From positions 45,269-109,268 of the forward strand of contig JBCCQQ010000011.1 of NCBI GenBank assembly GCA_039024555.1: 64,000 nt of DNA, given 5' to 3'. Both the position numbers and the translations under genes were made by a program. The notes below the pieces were generated by a model that had not been told where the DNA came from, ran no database searches, and saw only the letters and a program-made list of their open reading frames with translations. How positions within the stretch are numbered: position 1 is the first letter of the stretch; every line of letters starts with the position of its first letter. Source of the stretch: Cyanobacteria bacterium P01_D01_bin.156. Lineage in GTDB: Bacteria > Cyanobacteriota > Cyanobacteriia > Phormidesmidales > Phormidesmidaceae. Positions 59,165 to 64,000 of the stretch are shown piece after piece.

Positions 59165-59965
59165 CTAATTTTGTAGAAAACCCCTACGCTTTTGCTCCTG
59201 CCTAATTTGTTGAAATGCTAACCAAATAAATGGAGGAATCGTTGTGAAATAACGCTTAAACAAACGTTGGGGTTCCTGAGCTAGGCGATACAGCCATTCC
59301 AGCCCGTTATTGCGCATCCATCCAGGAGCATGCTTTTTATTCCCTGCATATACAGGAAAGACACCACCTACGCCAATCATGACCGACTTGACACGACCAT
59401 GATTAGACTCCATCCAACATTCTTGCTTTGGACAGCCTAGGGATACAAATGTAATACCCGCCCCACTCTGGTTAACTCGCTCTGCAATGGCCTCCTCTTC
59501 CAAAAATGTCCATTTTCTGAACGGCGGAGACTCAAAACCCGCTACATTTAGGGTAGGAAAGTCTACCCTGAGCTTAGCAACAACCTTGTCGAGAACATCT
59601 TGAGTAGCTCCAAGGAGATAGATAGAAACATTTTCTTGCACGGATTGCTTACAAACCGCCGTGAATATGTCCATACCAGCTACACGATCCTGAGCTGTGC
59701 GTCCCAAAAACCGCATTACCCATACCAGAGGCATGCCATCAGGGGTAACCATATCTGCCTTAGTCAAAGCTCGCTGTAATCCATCATTAAAACGAGCTTC
59801 CATAAGCATATGGACATTAGCAACACAAACAATCCTACTAGAACGCTGCTTTCCCCAGGCTAATATCCTTGAAATTTGCTCCTTAAATAACAAAGCAGTT
59901 ATCGATACACCAACCACCTCGAGCCGAGGCAATGTTACAGAATATGATACACCTGTAGCTCTCAT
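59165..59965 (-). CDS. WecB/TagA/CpsF family glycosyltransferase
   Basis: ANVHMLMEA, PDGMPLVW, RVAGMD, LGCPKQE, GVGGVF, GLEWLYRL.QEP.RL. Confidence 0.92.
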   Translation of the reverse strand: MRATGVSYSVTLPRLEVVGVSITALLFKEQISRILAWGKQRSSRIVCVANVHMLMEARFNDGLQRALTKADMVTPDGMPLVWVMRFLGRTAQDRVAGMDIFTAVCKQSVQENVSIYLLGATQDVLDKVVAKLRVDFPTLNVAGFESPPFRKWTFLEEEAIAERVNQSGAGITFVSLGCPKQECWMESNHGRVKSVMIGVGGVFPVYAGNKKHAPGWMRNNGLEWLYRLAQEPQRLFKRYFTTIPPFIWLAFQQIRQEQKRRGFLQN

Positions 59966-60914
59966 TACTTATGTCCATCAAATGAACAACATTCCTAGTC
60001 AAATACCCACTTGCCATATGACATCTAGGCAAGAATAACTTGCAGACAGCGCACATAAACTAGCTAAGCTCTAATTCATAGAGCTTAGACCAAATGCTTA
60101 GACGCATAGATCTACTAAGAAAACTCTAGTCCCCTCAGAGTTTTTGATAAATATTCAAGCGTAAACAAATAGCTACTCGAACAGAAAAACCGGAAAGCGC
60201 CACAACAACAGCTTACAAGCTAAGTAAACAGGTGTGACTATCCAGAACATGAAAACAAATCACCCTCTTATTGAGGGATGTTTGGAGTTATGGCACCTCA
60301 AAGCTGATCATAATGACCCACTAAGTCCCCTAACGAACAAAGCCGCGACCTGTTGCAGCAACTCTAATACCGAAGACGCACTCCATATATTCATCTGCAA
60401 AATCTTGATCAACATAATCTTGCAAGAAACAACTACAAACACTTGCTACTCAACTGACCTATATGCGGCACATGCACAACTAAATGACGTATAACGACGA
60501 TGAATGGAGTCCTAGAGGGGGCTCTTGAAAAATACTTCACCTCCTCACAATACCGAGATTTTCGATTAAGGGAAGTTTCAACGCAAATATTTTAGTTCTT
60601 TTTTATGTAACCCTCATACAACCAGTCGTATTTATCTCAGTATTTTAGATAATTTCCAAGTATCATTTACCACAATAATTCACCTATGTATTATTGCGCT
60701 TCCCATAGAGCATGGTTTTTAGCCTTATGTATTAATAATTACGATTCTTGAGACACAAAATGTCTACATCCATCTTCTCACAATGGATATACCTAGATTT
60801 TTTTAGGAAAAAGCTATCACCGGAAAAAAATACGTGTCCCTCATCATTTCTTTATAAAAGTCAATTGTGTTTATCGTTGTGAGCTAGGACATTTCAACTT
60901 TTCTCTACTTTTTG

Positions 60915-61600
60915 GAGTTTAAGCTCGGCTTTATCCATAAAGCCCCGTAGTAAAGATAAGTCGGACCACTTATTGAAGAGGGCTCTTGGGACTTTAACTA
61001 TCTCTGATTCATGCATCGACATCTGAAAAGTATTCCATTGCCAAAGTCTCTATCTGACTAGGGCTAAGAAATCTGCAGATATGAGGAAAGTCTTGTCATA
61101 CCAAGTTGTTTTAGGCAGGGTAAGATGAGCTCAAACTTTCTCAAAGGTCACGTCCACCGACCAGTACAGGTGAACTATCACAAAATTTCATAGGGGCAGC
61201 GTTTATGTGGGGACACAACAGCGCTTAGGGCTCGGATCATCTTTTGGGATCTCTAATCAAGCCGCGTCAAATGAACACAGCAGGTAGTTCTGAGTGATCC
61301 CAAACCGCTGAAGAAAAGCCATCTGAAGAGAATCGTCTCTCTGATTTTGGACATATCAGTTCTCCATAACCACAGTTTGCCAAGGTATGTACGGATTATC
61401 GACTGGGGCTCTGAACTGTCCGACATTTTACGACCATCCTATGGCCCCTAGCCATCGAAAAGGGCTCAGAAAACCACATGTGTTTTTAATTTGGTCAACC
61501 GCAATCGTCAGGGTGCTGAAGCGCTGTGCCCTCACTGCCACCGGTCTATCGTCAATGTGCGGTGAGTTGTAACGATTTTGAGGAGGCGTACACAAGCATC
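60915..61600 (-). mobile_element. Decayed IS transposase remnant (DDE, IS701/IS4-like)
   Basis: Minus-strand fragments with stops and frameshifts: WQTVVMEN*Y, SAVWDHSELPAVFI*RGLIRDPK, ALLC, WSVDVTFEKV*AHL, LPKTTWYDK, VKVPRALF, ending ATGGATAAAGCCGAGCTTAA. The upstream boundary is uncertain. Confidence 0.65.
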
Positions 61601-61660
61601 TTCCCAAACCAGCAATATCAAATGAAAGTCAACCTAGTTAAACTACATATGAAAATTTCG

Positions 61661-61703
61661 GGTATTCCTTTTTATCCCAGCACTTAGGACAAAAAGGAAT
61701 ACC
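61661..61703. terminator. Stem-loop downstream of the G8-domain gene
   Basis: GGTATTCCTTTTT...AAAAAGGAATACC inverted repeat about 60 bp after the stop. Confidence 0.55.
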
Positions 61704-61761
61704 ATCTTCCAATTAACTAATATTCAATGAGTTATTCCATAGCCTATTAGTTAATTGAAAT

Positions 61762-64000
61762 TTAGAGCAGTGGTTTGATATAAGCCCCCCACTCGGGAAT
61801 AAACTGTCCACCTGTAAGGTTTTTACTACTGATGTCAGTAGGCTTACCAGTTTTTGTCAAGGAACCATCCAGGTCAATCAATACACCAGGATCAGAGACA
61901 GGTTTACGCTCATCCTTGGCCCAATAGACGCTATTGTCCGTATTAATTAGTTTAGAACCTGTGATGGTAGAGTCTGGGCGAAATCCGGTTTGCTTATGAA
62001 CTGCGATCGCATTACCAAAGTTCTCAAAGGTGACATTACTGATATTAGGACTCACGCCATATGGACTACGTTTGACGTGGATACCACCGGGAATAGCTCC
62101 ACCACCTGACAAAAACTGACGGGTTTGTCCCAAAACTCCCCCAATCTTATTGGCAGAATTTTGAGTCATCGCCACATCATCAATGGTTGAGCGCATAGTG
62201 ACAATTCCAGAGGAACTATCAGCGATCACAGCGTTTTGCAATACATGTCGATCATCTTCTATCCACACACCAGAAACATTATTCTTGTAAGTGGTGAAAT
62301 CCTTAAAGACAATATCAGAGCCAGGCTCCTTATCGTAGCTATTGACCAGCAAGCCATGTCCTCGAGTCAAGGGACCATAGTGAGGGTTGGTTGCATTTTC
62401 AGTCATCATATTGCTATGGGACAAGTTGTCTTCAAAAACAATTTGATCAGTCCGATTAATGATCCCCTTTTTAGTACCGTGACTCAACAAGGCCGCATCA
62501 TAGAAGAAACCATTCCCCTCTACGGCTCCCGCTGCATGGTTGCCTATTAGAGGGTTGTAATAATTACGTCCCCAGAAAACGCTAGAACGGTTTTCTGCTT
62601 GACTTGAACGAAAATGCATATCGACGGGGAAAGAAAAATCACTTTCCTCTCGACTTTTCACCAACAATCCCAAGTTATTGGTGAAAGTATTGCCAACCTC
62701 ATTTCCATCTTCAGAAAAGGTGTACGCATGCCCAAACACGTTGTATACAACATTAGAGTCAACCTCTACATTGTCAACACCATGAGTAACAATACCACGC
62801 TGGAAACTATCGTAGATTGAGCTGTTCTTAATGTAATCTCCTTCACTATCCCCCCCAAGGTGCCAGTGGATAGGATAGCGACCTTTGTTGCCAAGCTGTC
62901 CAGCTTGACTAATTTCCACACCTGATAGTTGTATTGAGGAGCCTTGCATAAACATCATATGAGCACCAAACTCAGTCTCTACAGAATCCTCTGCTCCTTG
63001 GATATCAATATTGCGACTAAGCAAACCAACTTCTGCTCTCATATCTAGAGGCTTACCATCGATCGTCTCAATTTTGCCATAGTGATCATAGTTCAGCGCC
63101 CGATCTAGAGTGACCTGATTACCACTAACAGCAACAACTGTACGCTTTTCAGCTTCGTTAGCTTCAAAACCGCTGGGAGCAATAACAATTTCGTCACCAA
63201 CTTCCCAGTCAACAGATTGAGAGAGGGTAATCACATTTTCACCTTTATCAGCATGGGCTGAAAGCTGGGTCCAGGAGACCTTTTCCCCATCTACACCGTG
63301 CATACTGATAGTACTTTCAGTTCCATCATCAGCTGTACCAGCAGCAATGATAAATCGTCCACCCATACCCATACCCATGACATCTTCATCAACACCATCT
63401 AAAGTGATGTTTGTTTCAGAGTCATAGGGATTATCCTGTGTACCAACTTCTAGATATCCCCCTTTCCTGACCAATAGCCAGTCCGCTGTAAAGTCCAGCT
63501 CACCATTGCCATTAGTATCAGTAAAGTTTTCGGAAAAAATCAACTCACCTTCAACGATTACGCCAGCAAGATTAGCGGTGTCTTGGTCAAGAAGGACGGT
63601 CTCGCCTTTAGCAATAACAACTTGTTCTCCTGCAGTGGGACTCAATTGAGACCATAGTGTAATTCCGTCCGTAGGTTCACCACCGCCAGTAGGATCGCCG
63701 CCACCACTGGAGTCATCGCCGCCAGTGGGGTCATTACCGTCAGTGGGGTCATTGCTGCCGCCACCGTCAGTAGGATTGCCACCGTCAGTAGGATCGCCAC
63801 CGTCAGTAGGATTGCCACCGTCAGTAGGATTGCCGCCGTCATCAGTGGAGTCGCCTGGAGTGAAGGTAATCGACTTGAGATTAAAGTCCGAATTATTCTT
63901 AACTTCTTCCAGACCACTACCATTACCGTATGCGGTCGCTTCAATTGTTAACTTGTAAAACTCACTAGACGAATCTAGATTAAACAAATAGCTATTTCTA
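61762..64000 (-). CDS. Large surface/secreted protein with G8 domain and parallel beta-helix repeats (3' part; continues beyond the window)
   Basis: The frame is open to the window edge. G8-like region (VVIAKGETVLLD...GELIF...GGYLEVGT), AEVGLLSRNI, GRYPIHWH and beta-helix repeats. Confidence 0.82.
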   Translation of the reverse strand, partial: RNSYLFNLDSSSEFYKLTIEATAYGNGSGLEEVKNNSDFNLKSITFTPGDSTDDGGNPTDGGNPTDGGDPTDGGNPTDGGGSNDPTDGNDPTGGDDSSGGGDPTGGGEPTDGITLWSQLSPTAGEQVVIAKGETVLLDQDTANLAGVIVEGELIFSENFTDTNGNGELDFTADWLLVRKGGYLEVGTQDNPYDSETNITLDGVDEDVMGMGMGGRFIIAAGTADDGTESTISMHGVDGEKVSWTQLSAHADKGENVITLSQSVDWEVGDEIVIAPSGFEANEAEKRTVVAVSGNQVTLDRALNYDHYGKIETIDGKPLDMRAEVGLLSRNIDIQGAEDSVETEFGAHMMFMQGSSIQLSGVEISQAGQLGNKGRYPIHWHLGGDSEGDYIKNSSIYDSFQRGIVTHGVDNVEVDSNVVYNVFGHAYTFSEDGNEVGNTFTNNLGLLVKSREESDFSFPVDMHFRSSQAENRSSVFWGRNYYNPLIGNHAAGAVEGNGFFYDAALLSHGTKKGIINRTDQIVFEDNLSHSNMMTENATNPHYGPLTRGHGLLVNSYDKEPGSDIVFKDFTTYKNNVSGVWIEDDRHVLQNAVIADSSSGIVTMRSTIDDVAMTQNSANKIGGVLGQTRQFLSGGGAIPGGIHVKRSPYGVSPNISNVTFENFGNAIAVHKQTGFRPDSTITGSKLINTDNSVYWAKDERKPVSDPGVLIDLDGSLTKTGKPTDISSKNLTGGQFIPEWGAYIKPLL
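63668..63850 (-). repeat. In-frame 18-bp tandem repeats encoding a (TDGG[N/D]P)n linker
   Basis: Units such as CCGTCAGTAGGATTGCCA repeated with variants; the protein reads DGGNPTDGGNPTDGGDPTDGGNPT. Confidence 0.9.

Noticed and set aside
63668..63850. 18-bp tandem repeat as a CRISPR array
   Set aside because: There are no unique spacers; the units are contiguous and encode an in-frame linker.

Overview
64 kb from a cyanobacterial chromosome. The assignment rests on many HIP1 octamers (GCGATCGC), canonical NtcA promoters, a glutamine riboswitch, ycf46/ycf35 and CHASE2/DUF928 genes; a filamentous Leptolyngbya-like organism is an inference. In order, the window holds: (1) the 5' part of a Mg-chelatase H-like gene; (2) a c-di-GMP/two-component block (CHASE2-GGDEF, DUF928, HisKA-EAL, an ethylene-receptor-like multi-PAS kinase, a receiver protein, REC-PAS-GGDEF-EAL); (3) an HxlR/quinone-stress trio and a GAF-LuxR regulator; (4) four tandem TIR-TM-16xWD40 receptor-like genes plus a relic of a fifth, with an NtcA box, glutamine riboswitch and unannotated micro-ORFs hidden between copies 1 and 2; (5) a dispersed nit1C (MSMEG_0565-0572/sll0783-0787) nitrilase cluster under divergent NtcA promoters, interrupted by REP/MITE-like elements, an AlkB-like gene and a two-gene TIR + STAND-NTPase/TPR module whose proteins share a ~45-aa domain; (6) the ycf46 operon and recQ; (7) EPS genes (wzc, wza, gmd, WecB/TagA), a decayed IS and the 3' part of a large G8-domain surface protein. 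The best candidates for undescribed systems are the split TIR-adaptor/STAND pair, the diversified TIR-TM-WD40 array and the riboswitch-controlled micro-ORFs. All calls come from motif recognition by eye; no searches were run.
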